Shown here one piece after another: positions 7,674 to 18,512 of a DNA stretch of 54,977 bases. A program made the translations under genes and the position numbers. The stretch comes from an uncultured Bacilli bacterium (GTDB lineage: Bacteria > Bacillota_I > Bacilli_A > RF39 > UBA660), in contig CALVZF010000003.1 of assembly GCA_944372455.1 (NCBI GenBank), positions 1-54,977 of the forward strand. The letters are read 5' to 3'. Numbering within the stretch: position 1 is the stretch's first letter; the number at the start of each line of letters is the position of its first letter. The notes beneath the pieces are model-generated. The model did not search any database and was not told the origin of the DNA. It saw nothing but the letters and a program-made list of their open reading frames with translations.

Positions 7674-8672
7674 TTAAAATAGATCTTTAAATAATCCATA
7701 AATATATTTTTCAATATCAAATACTTTTAAATCCGTTTCTTTTTCCCCTAGTCCAATAAATTTTACTGGAATATTTACTTCATCCTTGATTGCTAAAACT
7801 ATACCACCTTTTGCAGTTCCGTCTAATTTAGTAAGTACTATTCCTGTTATATTGGTAATTTCTTTAAAACTTTTAGCCTGACTTATTCCATTTTGACCAG
7901 TAGTAGCATCTATTACTAAAAGAGTTTCGTGAGGAGCATTAGGAATTAGTTTTCCAATTACTTTGTTCATTTTTTCTAATTCTTTCATCAAATTAACTTT
8001 ATTTTGTAATCTACCAGCAGTATCTACTAATACAACATCATAATTGTTTTTTAAAGCTTCTTCTAATCCGTCATAGATTACACTTGAAGGATCTTTTTTT
8101 TCTTGGCCTACTACTTTACAACCTATTTTTTCTCCCCACTTTTCAATTTGTTCCACTGCTCCAGCTCTAAAAGTATCACCTGCAACCAATAAAACCTTTT
8201 TTCCCTCGTCTTTAAATTTTCTAGCAAGTTTTCCAATAGTAGTAGTTTTACCTACTCCATTAACACCTACAAATAATATAACAGTAGGACCATTATCTTG
8301 AAAGTTGATTTTATTTACTATTACTTCATTATTTACATAAATAATAAATAATTCATCTACAATAATTTCCTTTAAATCAAGAGTAGATTCTATATGTTCT
8401 TTTTTTACTCTTTTTTTAATTTCATCAATAAAGTTCATAACAGTATTAACACCAATATCTGCCATAATTAAAATTTCTTCTAACTCTTCAAAATATTCAT
8501 TACTTACTTTTTTATACTTATTGCTTAAAAGAGATAATTTAGAAGTAAAAACTTCTCTTGTTTTAACTAATGCTTCATCATATTTTTTTACCTCATCTAT
8601 CTCTTCTTTAGATATATCATCAATTTTATTTTTATTAAAAATATTTTTAAATTTATCAAATAGTCCCATCAT
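7674..8672 (-). CDS. ftsY: SRP receptor FtsY
   Basis: GVNGVGKTTTIGKLA, GDTFRAGA, DTAGRLQNK and TKLDGTAKGG. Confidence 0.98.
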   Translation of the reverse strand: MMGLFDKFKNIFNKNKIDDISKEEIDEVKKYDEALVKTREVFTSKLSLLSNKYKKVSNEYFEELEEILIMADIGVNTVMNFIDEIKKRVKKEHIESTLDLKEIIVDELFIIYVNNEVIVNKINFQDNGPTVILFVGVNGVGKTTTIGKLARKFKDEGKKVLLVAGDTFRAGAVEQIEKWGEKIGCKVVGQEKKDPSSVIYDGLEEALKNNYDVVLVDTAGRLQNKVNLMKELEKMNKVIGKLIPNAPHETLLVIDATTGQNGISQAKSFKEITNITGIVLTKLDGTAKGGIVLAIKDEVNIPVKFIGLGEKETDLKVFDIEKYIYGLFKDLF

Positions 8673-8724
8673 ATCACCCCGTATTTAAGATTATATATTA
8701 ATTTATTTAGAATATCAATAAATA

Positions 8725-9756
8725 CTAAACGCTTTCTTTTTGTTTAACTAAATCAGCATAAAACTCTTCCCATAATTTTAAAACGTGTTCTTTACCGTAA
8801 AACTCTGAAATTTCTCTAGAATTTTTTTGACATTTTTTATAAAGCTTTTTGTCTTCTTGTAACATCTTTAACAATTTAACAAATTCTTTATTGTTATTAC
8901 CCTTTAAATATTTTTCAAATAATATATCTTTATATAAATCTAAATCTCTTAAAATTAGTGGAGTTTCAGAATTTACTGCTTCTAATATAGTCATTGGAAA
9001 TAATTCATTATATGAAGGAACAAATAATACATCTGAAATGTTATACATAGTGTTCATTTCTTCTCTTGGAATAATACCTAAAAACTTAACATTTTTAGGA
9101 GGATTATCCATTATCTCTTTTAACTCATTATATCCATCTGTAATTTTTCCAAATGAAAAACCCCCACACCAAATAAATTTGATTTTAGGTAATTTTTTAG
9201 CACATTCTACAAAATCTTTTACCCCTTTTCTAGTTTGAACTTGACCTGCACCTAAGACTACAAAATCATCATCCGAAAATCCATATTTTTCTCTTAATAC
9301 ACTTCTTTTTTTGGGAGAAAATTTACTAAATTTTTCTTTAGAAACATAATTTGGAATATACGTAACTTTTTTTCTATCAATACCAACTTTTTCTAAGTCA
9401 TCAATAAAAGTTGGATTTACAACAACTAATTTGTCTGCTTTATTATAAAATTTAATTACATAATTTTTAAATACTTTAAAAGCGAATTTAGGTAATTTAA
9501 TAGAGCCATCTAAAGTAGTAGGTAAAAAATGCACATAAGCTACATTAATTCCTTTTTTATTTTTTTTCATCTTTATATAATTTGTGGGATCAATAGTATG
9601 TACATGAACAATATCACTAACCTCTTTTGAATTAACTAATATATTTAATTTATCACTTTCTTTAACAAGCGCAACTTGTTCTAAATAAGCACTACCTACT
9701 CCTTGTCCATCAACTTTATCTGCACAACTTAACATATTAATAGTTATTTTATCCAT
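8725..9756 (-). CDS. GT4 glycosyltransferase, CpoA-like glycolipid synthase
   Basis: DKVDGQGVGSAY, HFLP.TL.GS, GQVQTRKG and PSYNELFPMTILEA. Confidence 0.88.
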   Translation of the reverse strand: MDKITINMLSCADKVDGQGVGSAYLEQVALVKESDKLNILVNSKEVSDIVHVHTIDPTNYIKMKKNKKGINVAYVHFLPTTLDGSIKLPKFAFKVFKNYVIKFYNKADKLVVVNPTFIDDLEKVGIDRKKVTYIPNYVSKEKFSKFSPKKRSVLREKYGFSDDDFVVLGAGQVQTRKGVKDFVECAKKLPKIKFIWCGGFSFGKITDGYNELKEIMDNPPKNVKFLGIIPREEMNTMYNISDVLFVPSYNELFPMTILEAVNSETPLILRDLDLYKDILFEKYLKGNNNKEFVKLLKMLQEDKKLYKKCQKNSREISEFYGKEHVLKLWEEFYADLVKQKESV

Positions 9757-9758
9757 AA

Positions 9759-10883
9759 TTAATCCTCCAACAATTTTGATACCAAATTAAATAATTTTGG
9801 CATTGCATCATTTTTATTTATTTTTTTTATATTTTTTCTTAATTTTTCTAATTTTTTAGAATCTGTAAATAAACTTTCTATTTGTCTAATCATTTCTATG
9901 CTTTCATTAACACTAATAGAACATTTTTGTTTATCTAAATATCTAGCATTAGCTTTTTCTTGTCCTGAAGATTTACCTATAAAAAGCATTGGAACATTAA
10001 AATATAAGCATTCTGTAACTGTAGCTCCACCGGGTTTAGTAATTACTAAATCTGCAATATTAAGTAATTCTGGAACATTATTTATATAATCTAAAATTTT
10101 AATATTAGGATTATCGTAAGTTTTTTTAATTTCTTTTAATTCTTCTCTTAATTTAACATTGTTTCCAGTAATAACAAGGACATTACATTCTAAATTACTT
10201 TTTAAAATCTCTTTAGCGTATTTAGAAGTAATTTTTCCTCTACTGCAAAAGAAAACTAATGTTTTTTTCTCTTCATCTAATTTATAGGTTTTAATAGTTT
10301 TATTTCTATTATACATATTTGGATTAAATTCATCTGATAAAGGAATTCCAATATCTTTTATTTTATTTTTAGATATACCTCTTTTAGCTAATTCCTTTTT
10401 TTCAATTGAATTACCAATAACTAAATAACTTTCATATTTTTCATTTTCTAACCAAAATTCATGAGCTTCATAATCAGTTACAACAGTTATCAGTTTAGAA
10501 TTTAATCCATGTTTTCTTTTGTAATGAGAAATAATAGTACTACAAAAATAATGAGTAGATATTACTAAATCTGGATTAAATTCTAAAATTTTCTTTTTTA
10601 AACCTTTAAATTTAAAAGTAGATATAACCATTGTATTCTTAGGGAATAATTTTATTTTTCTATTAAAGGTATTATAAATAACATCCCATAGATAAGGAAT
10701 ACTAAAGTTAATCTTTTCAAAAGTCTTTTCAGTTAGAGAACCTAAAACAGGAGTAGAAAATTTTAAAATATCAATAAGTTCAATTTGATAATCACCATGA
10801 CTTTGAAAATATTTTTCAATATACTCAGCAATTTTTTTGTGACCAGTGCCGTAAGTGGCATACATTATTAATATTTTTTTCAT
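9759..10883 (-). CDS. GT28 diacylglycerol glycosyltransferase (UgtP/MGDG-synthase family)
   Basis: YGTGH, STH, TVVTDY..H..W, ITKPGGATVTEC and GQE..NA. Confidence 0.88.
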   Translation of the reverse strand: MKKILIMYATYGTGHKKIAEYIEKYFQSHGDYQIELIDILKFSTPVLGSLTEKTFEKINFSIPYLWDVIYNTFNRKIKLFPKNTMVISTFKFKGLKKKILEFNPDLVISTHYFCSTIISHYKRKHGLNSKLITVVTDYEAHEFWLENEKYESYLVIGNSIEKKELAKRGISKNKIKDIGIPLSDEFNPNMYNRNKTIKTYKLDEEKKTLVFFCSRGKITSKYAKEILKSNLECNVLVITGNNVKLREELKEIKKTYDNPNIKILDYINNVPELLNIADLVITKPGGATVTECLYFNVPMLFIGKSSGQEKANARYLDKQKCSISVNESIEMIRQIESLFTDSKKLEKLRKNIKKINKNDAMPKLFNLVSKLLED

Positions 10884-10903
10884 ACTCTACTCCTAATACT
10901 TTA

Positions 10904-12553
10904 TTATATTTCTTGAAATACTGTAATAATCATTGGCTTACATTCGGTTTCTTTGTATAGATATTTTCCTAGATTTTCTCTCATAGCAGTTTTAAGTTTA
11001 TTATATTCCACATGTTTATTATCCGTAATATTATTATTTATTACTGTAACGCATAATTTTTTAATTTCATTTAATAGTTCCGCACTATCTTTTATATAAA
11101 CAAATCCTCTAGTGATAATTTCTGGACCAGAGATTATTTTTTTAGTTTTTTTATCTAAAATAGTACTAATTATAACTATTCCATTTTCGCTTAAAACTTC
11201 TCTATCTTTTAAAACTGCTTCTCCAACATCTGATACTACATTACCATCAATTAAAATTTCATCAGTTTTTACTTTTTCAAAATTATCTACTAATTTACCA
11301 TTTTCAAACTCTACTACATCACCGTTTTCTTTCAATAGAATATTTTCTTTTGGAATTCCTAATTCTAAAGCAATATTAGCGTTCGCTACTTGAAAACGAT
11401 ATTCTCCCTTAACTGGAAAATAATATTTAGGATTAAATAAATTAATCATTAACATTAAATCTTCACTAGAAGCATGATATAACAATTGTTCTTTTTTATT
11501 AAACATTATAACATTTGCTCCTATTTTAGCAAGACTATCTGCTATTTTAACTGCACTTCTTTCCACAGAATCACTTATTGGTTCTGCAAAAACAAAAGTA
11601 TCAGTTTCTTTAACTTTAATATATTTATCATAACCATTTATCATTCTATTTATATTTGAGAAAGTTTTTTCTCTATCATTTGAAACTAATATTATAGAAT
11701 CTTTATCATTTACATTTGATAAATCGCCTATTTTCTTTTTGTCAAATTTTAAATATCCCAACTCTAATGCATTATTTATAATTCCTTGTAATGTTTTGCC
11801 CATGATAACTATTTTTCTTTCTGTTTTAGCTACTTCATTAAAAAGTTCCTGTATATTATAAATATGAGCTGCAAAGACATTAAAAATTATTCTATTTTCG
11901 TTTTTAGATAAAATTTCACGTACTTTGGATGCTGTTCTATGATGTGGTGAAGTATGTCCTTTTTTCTCAGCGTACATAGATTCAGAAAGTAAACATAGTA
12001 CTCCTTGTTTTCCTATATAGGCTAGTTTACCAATGTCTGTTTTATAAGCTCCCATCATTGTAGAATCAAATACAAAATCTCCAGTATAGACAATTGCTCC
12101 ATCTTTAGTATTTAATACGTACCCTACTGCATCTGGTATAGAGTGAGTTACACTTATAGGAAAAATACTGTTTTGTCCAAAATTAATTTTTTTATGAGCT
12201 TTAATTTCAATTAGATTATTAAATTTAATATCACAATTTTCTAATTCTCTTTTTAAAACTTCTAAAGTAAATTTTGTCCCATAAATCTTAATATTTGGAA
12301 TTTCCTTTACAATATCTGGAATTCCTCCCATATTTTCATTATGTCCATGAGTTAAAAAGATCCCCTTAACATCTTTAATATTTTCTTTAATGTAATCATA
12401 ATTTGGAAGTATATAATCAATTCCAAATAATTTATCATCCGCATATTTTAAACCCGCATCAAAAACAAAAATATCTTGGTCAACTTTAACCACATACATA
12501 TTTTTACCATTTTCATTTAAACCACCTAGGCTAAATATTTTAATTTTACTCAT
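10904..12553 (-). CDS. rnjB: Ribonuclease J (J2 type)
   Basis: LGGLNENGKNMY, degenerate metal motif THGHNEN as in J2, HSIPD and YTGDF. Confidence 0.88.
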   Translation of the reverse strand: MSKIKIFSLGGLNENGKNMYVVKVDQDIFVFDAGLKYADDKLFGIDYILPNYDYIKENIKDVKGIFLTHGHNENMGGIPDIVKEIPNIKIYGTKFTLEVLKRELENCDIKFNNLIEIKAHKKINFGQNSIFPISVTHSIPDAVGYVLNTKDGAIVYTGDFVFDSTMMGAYKTDIGKLAYIGKQGVLCLLSESMYAEKKGHTSPHHRTASKVREILSKNENRIIFNVFAAHIYNIQELFNEVAKTERKIVIMGKTLQGIINNALELGYLKFDKKKIGDLSNVNDKDSIILVSNDREKTFSNINRMINGYDKYIKVKETDTFVFAEPISDSVERSAVKIADSLAKIGANVIMFNKKEQLLYHASSEDLMLMINLFNPKYYFPVKGEYRFQVANANIALELGIPKENILLKENGDVVEFENGKLVDNFEKVKTDEILIDGNVVSDVGEAVLKDREVLSENGIVIISTILDKKTKKIISGPEIITRGFVYIKDSAELLNEIKKLCVTVINNNITDNKHVEYNKLKTAMRENLGKYLYKETECKPMIITVFQEI

Positions 12554-12624
12554 TGTTTCTCCTTTCTTTTTTAGTTATCACTGATAACATTATACAAAAA
12601 AAAAGAAGATTTGTAAAATACAAA

Positions 12625-13902
12625 TCATTCAATAACTCCATAGATTAAATTAGGAATTTCTACTACATCATCTACAATTTTAAAACAATTCATTATTCTT
12701 TCATGAATATTCTCTACTTCTTTGTTATAGTAAACGGTTATTAATTTTTCTTGAACATTTACTGTATCACCAATTTTTTTATGTAATTTTATACCCACTG
12801 AATAATCAATATCATCATATATATTTGATCTTCCAGCACCTAATTCCATAACAACATAACCTAATTTTTCTGTATCAATCTTGCTAATGAATCCGGACTT
12901 AGTTGATTTAATTTCTAATTTTTTACTTTTTACAATTAATTTATTAATATTTCCATTTTGATAATTTACAAATTCTAAAAATTTATTATAAGCACTTTTA
13001 TCAATTAATTTTTGTTTAACCATTTCTAATGCGTCATTAACTGAAATATTTAGTCCTAAAGATACCATATAAGCAGCAATTATTAATGATAGATTAGTAA
13101 TATCAGTTGGACCTTTTCCTTCAAGGGTTTCCATAGCTTCTAATACTTCTAAAGAATTACCAATCATATTTCCTAATGGTTGGTTCATATTTGAAAGGAT
13201 ACAAACTACTTCTTTATTATGATTTTTTCCGATTTTTATCATTAATCTAGCAAGTTTTTTAGCATCTTCTAGATTTTTCATAAAAGCTCCATTACCTACT
13301 TTTAAATCTATGACTATTTTATCTACACCACTAGCTAACTTTTTACTCATAATTGAGGAAGCAATAAGTGGTATAGAATCAACTGTTCCGGTGGTATCTC
13401 TAAGAGCATATATTTTTTTATCTGCTGGAACTAAATTATTATTTCCATAGGCATTGCAAATTCCAATTTCATTAACTTGATCTATAATTTCCCTAATTGA
13501 TAATTTAGTTTTAAATCCAGGAATGGCTTCTAATTTATCAATAGTACCACCTGTAAAACCTAATCCTCTACCACTCATTTTGACTACTTTTACTCCACAA
13601 GAAGCTACTAAAGGAATAACTATTAAAGTGGTTTTATCGCCCACCCCACCAGTAGAATGTTTATCTACTTTAATACCTTCTATTTCTCTTAAATCAATAA
13701 TTTTTCCACTATTTAACATAGAAGTCGTAAGATTAATTGTCTCTTCTTCGGTCATTCCGTTTATACATATAGCCATTAATAAAGAACTCATTTGGTAATC
13801 TTTGATTGAGTTATTAAGATAACTATCAATAACAAATTGTATTTCTTCACTAGTTAAAATTTGAGAATTTCTTTTTTTATTAATTATATCTATTATATTC
13901 AC
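12625..13902 (-). CDS. pdp: Pyrimidine-nucleoside (thymidine) phosphorylase
   Basis: DKHSTGGVGDKT, KMSGRGLG.TGGTIDKLE and SSIMSKK. Confidence 0.95.
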   Translation of the reverse strand: MNIIDIINKKRNSQILTSEEIQFVIDSYLNNSIKDYQMSSLLMAICINGMTEEETINLTTSMLNSGKIIDLREIEGIKVDKHSTGGVGDKTTLIVIPLVASCGVKVVKMSGRGLGFTGGTIDKLEAIPGFKTKLSIREIIDQVNEIGICNAYGNNNLVPADKKIYALRDTTGTVDSIPLIASSIMSKKLASGVDKIVIDLKVGNGAFMKNLEDAKKLARLMIKIGKNHNKEVVCILSNMNQPLGNMIGNSLEVLEAMETLEGKGPTDITNLSLIIAAYMVSLGLNISVNDALEMVKQKLIDKSAYNKFLEFVNYQNGNINKLIVKSKKLEIKSTKSGFISKIDTEKLGYVVMELGAGRSNIYDDIDYSVGIKLHKKIGDTVNVQEKLITVYYNKEVENIHERIMNCFKIVDDVVEIPNLIYGVIE

Positions 13903-13973
13903 TTAAACCACCTACTATTATAATAGTATCATAATTTATTTTACAAAAAAAGTAGGAAATTATCTTTTCCTAC

Positions 13974-15365
13974 TTAAATATTATTAAACTTACTACTTTT
14001 GTTAACATAAATAATGCCAGCAGTTCCACCTATAAGTGATAGTGCGATTATTCCTAATCCAATTCCTACTCCCGTTTGTGGAGAGTTTTGATCATTATCA
14101 CTTGGTTTTCCATCTACTGCACTGTTATTTTGCCATACTGCATATAACGTTAAATTTGCATCTTTACTATAACTACTTCCTGGATCATAAGTACTATCTT
14201 TACTAGTTGCATTTTTATTTGTTGACCACCCTAGGAATGTATACCCATCCCTTGTTGGTTTTTGTGTACTTAATCTAATTGTTTCTCCTTCATTTTTTGT
14301 TTGCGATGCTGGAGCATTTTCCCCTCCATTTGCATCATATCTTATTGTGTAAGCATCGCATTCGTTATATTCAATTTGATAATCAGCAACCATGTATCCA
14401 ACAAATTTGCTACAAGTATCGCCATTACAATTATATGTTCCAGGCTTTGCATAATAAAGATATGTTCCTTCTTCTTCATTGTCATATGGATCGTCTGGAT
14501 CATCATTAGCATCTATTTCATCAGCAGAATATCCAAAAACAGCCTCACCATTATTACATGATCTACTCATATTGTAGTTATATTTAAATAAATTAATTCC
14601 TTTTTCTGTTAAATGTTTTTCAGAATCTACTTCATTATTTAACTTATTAAAATTAGTTTGATTTAAACTCCAACTTTTGTTTACATAAAAACCAATTTTA
14701 TTGTTACTAGTGTTTTGGTATGGTGAATAAATTTGACCGTTATTTTCACCAAGAGAAATACTAAAGTTTGTTTCACTATTAATTATGGCAGAATTTAACT
14801 CATTAAAAAAGTCATCAGAAAGAAGCCTATTCATTTCTCTTTTACAAGAATCACTACCATTTTCTGAATAATAGTACATTTGGTATAACACTTTAGTTAA
14901 ATCATCAAATGAATTATCATTTTCTGAACTACTGAAATTTCCATCATTAATACAATAATAGTCTGAATCAATTTGTACGCATCTTGAAACCGCAGAAAGA
15001 TTACCATCTAAATCAACAATACTTTTATTAAGATCCCTAGCTAGTAATTTAACAGCTGCCATATATCCTTGCACATAATCATCAGCACTAATTTGTTTAA
15101 ATTGTCCTGACTTAATTTCATATTTTGGAGATTCAAAAAGAACACGTCTTTGATTACTACTTAAACCATTTTTTGTACCCCATTCAGTTGCTGCAGAACC
15201 AGGAACACCACTTTCCTTATTTGTTACAGTCTCTACTTTATTGGTAGATTCAGTAAACAAATAATGATATTTAACTGTCTTACAACTAGCCGCATTTACA
15301 TTAATTGGAAGTATTAATGCTGCCATAGGAATTATAGCTAATATACTTTTTATTTTATGTTTCAT
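13974..15365 (-). CDS. Cell-wall-anchored surface protein with an InlB B-repeat (Flg_new-type) domain
   Basis: Signal peptide ending VNA, B-repeat YTIRYDANGG...PTRDGYTFLGWST...LTLYAVW, sorting signal SPQTG plus TM and basic tail. Confidence 0.85.
   Translation of the reverse strand: MKHKIKSILAIIPMAALILPINVNAASCKTVKYHYLFTESTNKVETVTNKESGVPGSAATEWGTKNGLSSNQRRVLFESPKYEIKSGQFKQISADDYVQGYMAAVKLLARDLNKSIVDLDGNLSAVSRCVQIDSDYYCINDGNFSSSENDNSFDDLTKVLYQMYYYSENGSDSCKREMNRLLSDDFFNELNSAIINSETNFSISLGENNGQIYSPYQNTSNNKIGFYVNKSWSLNQTNFNKLNNEVDSEKHLTEKGINLFKYNYNMSRSCNNGEAVFGYSADEIDANDDPDDPYDNEEEGTYLYYAKPGTYNCNGDTCSKFVGYMVADYQIEYNECDAYTIRYDANGGENAPASQTKNEGETIRLSTQKPTRDGYTFLGWSTNKNATSKDSTYDPGSSYSKDANLTLYAVWQNNSAVDGKPSDNDQNSPQTGVGIGLGIIALSLIGGTAGIIYVNKSSKFNNI
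13994..14353. repeat. About 360-bp direct repeat, copy 1
   Basis: Aligns to 15504-15863 at offset 1510 with 5 mismatches by eye. Confidence 0.9.
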
Positions 15366-15483
15366 ACTATCCCTCCACTATTATCTATATTAAGATTAGC
15401 ATTTTTCTCACATCATGTCAATAAATTCAATAAATTATTTATCAAAGTCGTCAAAATAAAAAATAGGAAGTTATTTTCCTATT

Positions 15484-16701
15484 TTAAATATTTCTAAATT
15501 TATTACTTTTGTTAACATAAATAATACCAGCAGTTCCACCTATAAGTGATAGTGCGATTATTCCTAATCCAATTCCTACTCCCGTTTGTGGAGAGTTTTG
15601 ATCATTATCACTTGGTTTTCCATCTACTGCACTGTTATTTTGCCATACTGCATATAACGTTAAATTTGCATCTTTACTATAACTACTTCCTGGATCATAA
15701 GTACTATCTTTACTAGTTGCATTTTTATTTGTTGACCACCCTAGGAAAGTATACCCATCTCTTGTTGGTTTTTGTGTACTTAATCTAATTGTTTCTCCTT
15801 CATTTTTTGTTTGTGATGCTGGAGCATTTTCTCCTCCATTTGCATCATATCTTATTGTGTAAGTTCCACAATTCTCATTCGTATATTTAACAACATAATC
15901 TATTGCGATAACCCCATAACAAGTATTTGCAGTTTTACCTGCATTAGCTCCACCGTCTACTACATATGTAACACAGCTATTTCCTACATCACTATCAAGT
16001 TCTGGAAAAATATCTTCTCCAGCAAGACTATTAATTTCTTCTTTATAATCATATAGATTAAAGGCAATTTCATTCAATTTATTATGATCACTCAAATTAT
16101 AAGTCTTACTTAATTGAATATTTAATTCATTAGTTGAAACATTAAAACTAGGATTATCGTCAATGTTTCCTACACGAGTTACTTCTGTCAAATAATCATT
16201 TGTTATAGCACTACGAAGCTTACTTTTAAGTTCAGAAATTTTACTACTATCCATATTATAATAATAACTATAATAAATTACTTGATAAAGTTCATCCCAT
16301 TGATTTGGCCTATCAACTATATGCTGACAATAATACTCATTGTCATCTCCTAAAACACAAAAATCTTTTGCTGAACTTGGTAAGTTACCACTATGTGATG
16401 ATGCATAGTTAGCTAAATGTTTTGACACTTCAAAAGTATAATCAATATAATTAGTTAATTCTGTACTATTTAAACTATCATTAATTCCTTCTGCAACAGA
16501 TGTCATATCTATAATACTGCTACTACCTGGATAATAAAATGTTGCAGTAGATGAATCATTAACTACTCCAAGTGCAGAAAATGGTTGGCTAAATAAATAA
16601 TGATAATTTTCTTCACATTCTGCCGCATTTGCTTCCCTTGGAATAATTAAAAACATTAAAGCAACAATTAAACTTGTGATTAATTTTATTTTTTTATTCA
16701 T
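15484..16701 (-). CDS. Paralogous cell-wall-anchored surface protein with an InlB B-repeat domain
   Basis: Signal peptide ending ANA. B-repeat and SPQTG anchor identical to those of 13974-15365. Confidence 0.85.
   Translation of the reverse strand: MNKKIKLITSLIVALMFLIIPREANAAECEENYHYLFSQPFSALGVVNDSSTATFYYPGSSSIIDMTSVAEGINDSLNSTELTNYIDYTFEVSKHLANYASSHSGNLPSSAKDFCVLGDDNEYYCQHIVDRPNQWDELYQVIYYSYYYNMDSSKISELKSKLRSAITNDYLTEVTRVGNIDDNPSFNVSTNELNIQLSKTYNLSDHNKLNEIAFNLYDYKEEINSLAGEDIFPELDSDVGNSCVTYVVDGGANAGKTANTCYGVIAIDYVVKYTNENCGTYTIRYDANGGENAPASQTKNEGETIRLSTQKPTRDGYTFLGWSTNKNATSKDSTYDPGSSYSKDANLTLYAVWQNNSAVDGKPSDNDQNSPQTGVGIGLGIIALSLIGGTAGIIYVNKSNKFRNI
15504..15863. repeat. About 360-bp direct repeat, copy 2
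   Basis: See copy 1. Confidence 0.9.
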
Positions 16702-16808
16702 AACTTCAAACCTCTCTATTATTTATACTCCTTATTATAAGTAAATTATATAATATTTAAAATCTTTAGTCAATATCAAATAATTTATTTAATAAATGAA
16801 AGATTACA

Positions 16809-18512
16809 TTGTTTAAATATTACAAATGTGATAATATTATTTTAGAATATAGTATGGAGGTGATTAATATTAAAGACGTAATAATTTTTCTAGACGATCA
16901 AAAAATAACCTTTTCATACAAAATTGATAATCCTATTAAAATTGTGACTTTAAATGAAACTGAAGAAGAGGAAAATACTGTCAATTTAAAAAACAAGATG
17001 ATTTTTAATGAGAAATATATCAAGGATAATTTACAAATAGTAGCTAATTTTATTAATGGATTAGCTATAACAAATAATATAAATAGTATTTACGTAAAAG
17101 ATTACGATTTATTACCTACTGTGATTAAAGTTATTTCACCATTAAAATCTATAAATAAACTTTACATTATTGAAAATAAAGAATTAACTTTTGAAATATT
17201 TGAGATGATCATGAAGTGCAAATATATAAAATATATAGATTGTCACAGTATTCCATTATATATGTTAGACAAATTAGATAAAAAAGAAATAGTTGTTAAT
17301 TCTAGAATACAGTATATTTCTACGGGTAACTTTATTAGTAAAAATAAATTATTTTCATATTCTAAAATGTTTTATAAAGATTCAATAATGTTTGATAAAG
17401 AATTAGATGAAACAGATATTAATGATTTCAATTTATTTTTAAAAAATAATAACCATCTTAAAGTTGTAGATATATATAACTTTAATTTAGAACTATTAAA
17501 CCAAGTATTAAAATGTTTAAACGATAATAACATAGCTAATATTTTAATTAATATTAGAGCAGACTCTAATAATGCTGAAACTATCAAAGATTCTCTACCT
17601 TTTTTTAAAACAATCAATAAAATGTATAAAGAACAAATGAATATTACTTTTAAAATTAAGTATTCACTAGAATATAGAAGGAAAAATTCTTTAAAACAAG
17701 TATCTATGAATATAGTTACAACTTGTTGTATAATTGTTAATGTATTGATGTTATGTAGTTTTGGAATAATGGAATATAATAACTATATAACTAAAAAAAC
17801 TACTGAAAGTATAAATAATATTGCGCAAGTAGAAATTGATCAAACTGATATTAGTGAAATTGAAACTGAAGAATCAAGCGAAAATGTTAATCATGAAGAA
17901 CCAGAACAAGAGGATTCTCAAAATAATGCTAGTTCAGATAGTACTAAAAATAAATTAACAGAGGATTATTCTAAACTAACTAAAATCAATAGTGATACTG
18001 TTGGATGGTTAAAAGTAAACAATACTAATATTAATTATCCAGTAGTACAAGCAGAAGATAATGATTATTATTTACATCGCGGATTTTATAAAAATAAAAC
18101 CATAAATGGGTGGGTTTTTATGGACTTTAGAAATAAAAAAGATGCGAATAATAGAAACACTATTATATATGGACATAATTTAAAAAATGGTATGATGTTT
18201 GGTAGTCTTAGAAATGTTTTAAATAGCAGTTGGTATAATAATAAATCTAATTTAAAAATTACTTTTAACACAACAAGTAAAAAAATGACATGGCAAATAT
18301 TTTCTACATATGTTATAGATGTTACTAATGATTATATATATACATATTTTGCTAATGATGAAGACTATATGAACTTTTTAACTAAAATTAAAAATAGAAG
18401 TATTAAAGATTTTGGAATAAATTTGACAGCTAGTGATAAAATTTTAACATTATCTACATGTCAAAGTAATGGAACTAGAAGATTAGTAGTTCATGCAAAA
18501 TTAATTAATTAA
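16809..18512 (+). CDS. srtB: Class B sortase with a long N-terminal extension
   Basis: INSDTVGWL, INYPVVQ..DNDYYL, NTIIYGHN...G.MFG, catalytic LTLSTC and RLVVHAKL. TM helix near residue 300. Confidence 0.85.
   Translation: MFKYYKCDNIILEYSMEVINIKDVIIFLDDQKITFSYKIDNPIKIVTLNETEEEENTVNLKNKMIFNEKYIKDNLQIVANFINGLAITNNINSIYVKDYDLLPTVIKVISPLKSINKLYIIENKELTFEIFEMIMKCKYIKYIDCHSIPLYMLDKLDKKEIVVNSRIQYISTGNFISKNKLFSYSKMFYKDSIMFDKELDETDINDFNLFLKNNNHLKVVDIYNFNLELLNQVLKCLNDNNIANILINIRADSNNAETIKDSLPFFKTINKMYKEQMNITFKIKYSLEYRRKNSLKQVSMNIVTTCCIIVNVLMLCSFGIMEYNNYITKKTTESINNIAQVEIDQTDISEIETEESSENVNHEEPEQEDSQNNASSDSTKNKLTEDYSKLTKINSDTVGWLKVNNTNINYPVVQAEDNDYYLHRGFYKNKTINGWVFMDFRNKKDANNRNTIIYGHNLKNGMMFGSLRNVLNSSWYNNKSNLKITFNTTSKKMTWQIFSTYVIDVTNDYIYTYFANDEDYMNFLTKIKNRSIKDFGINLTASDKILTLSTCQSNGTRRLVVHAKLIN

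Noticed and set aside
10904-12553. Degenerate metal-binding motif in RNase J as a novelty
   Set aside because: THGHNEN matches the known RNase J2 paralogue pattern.
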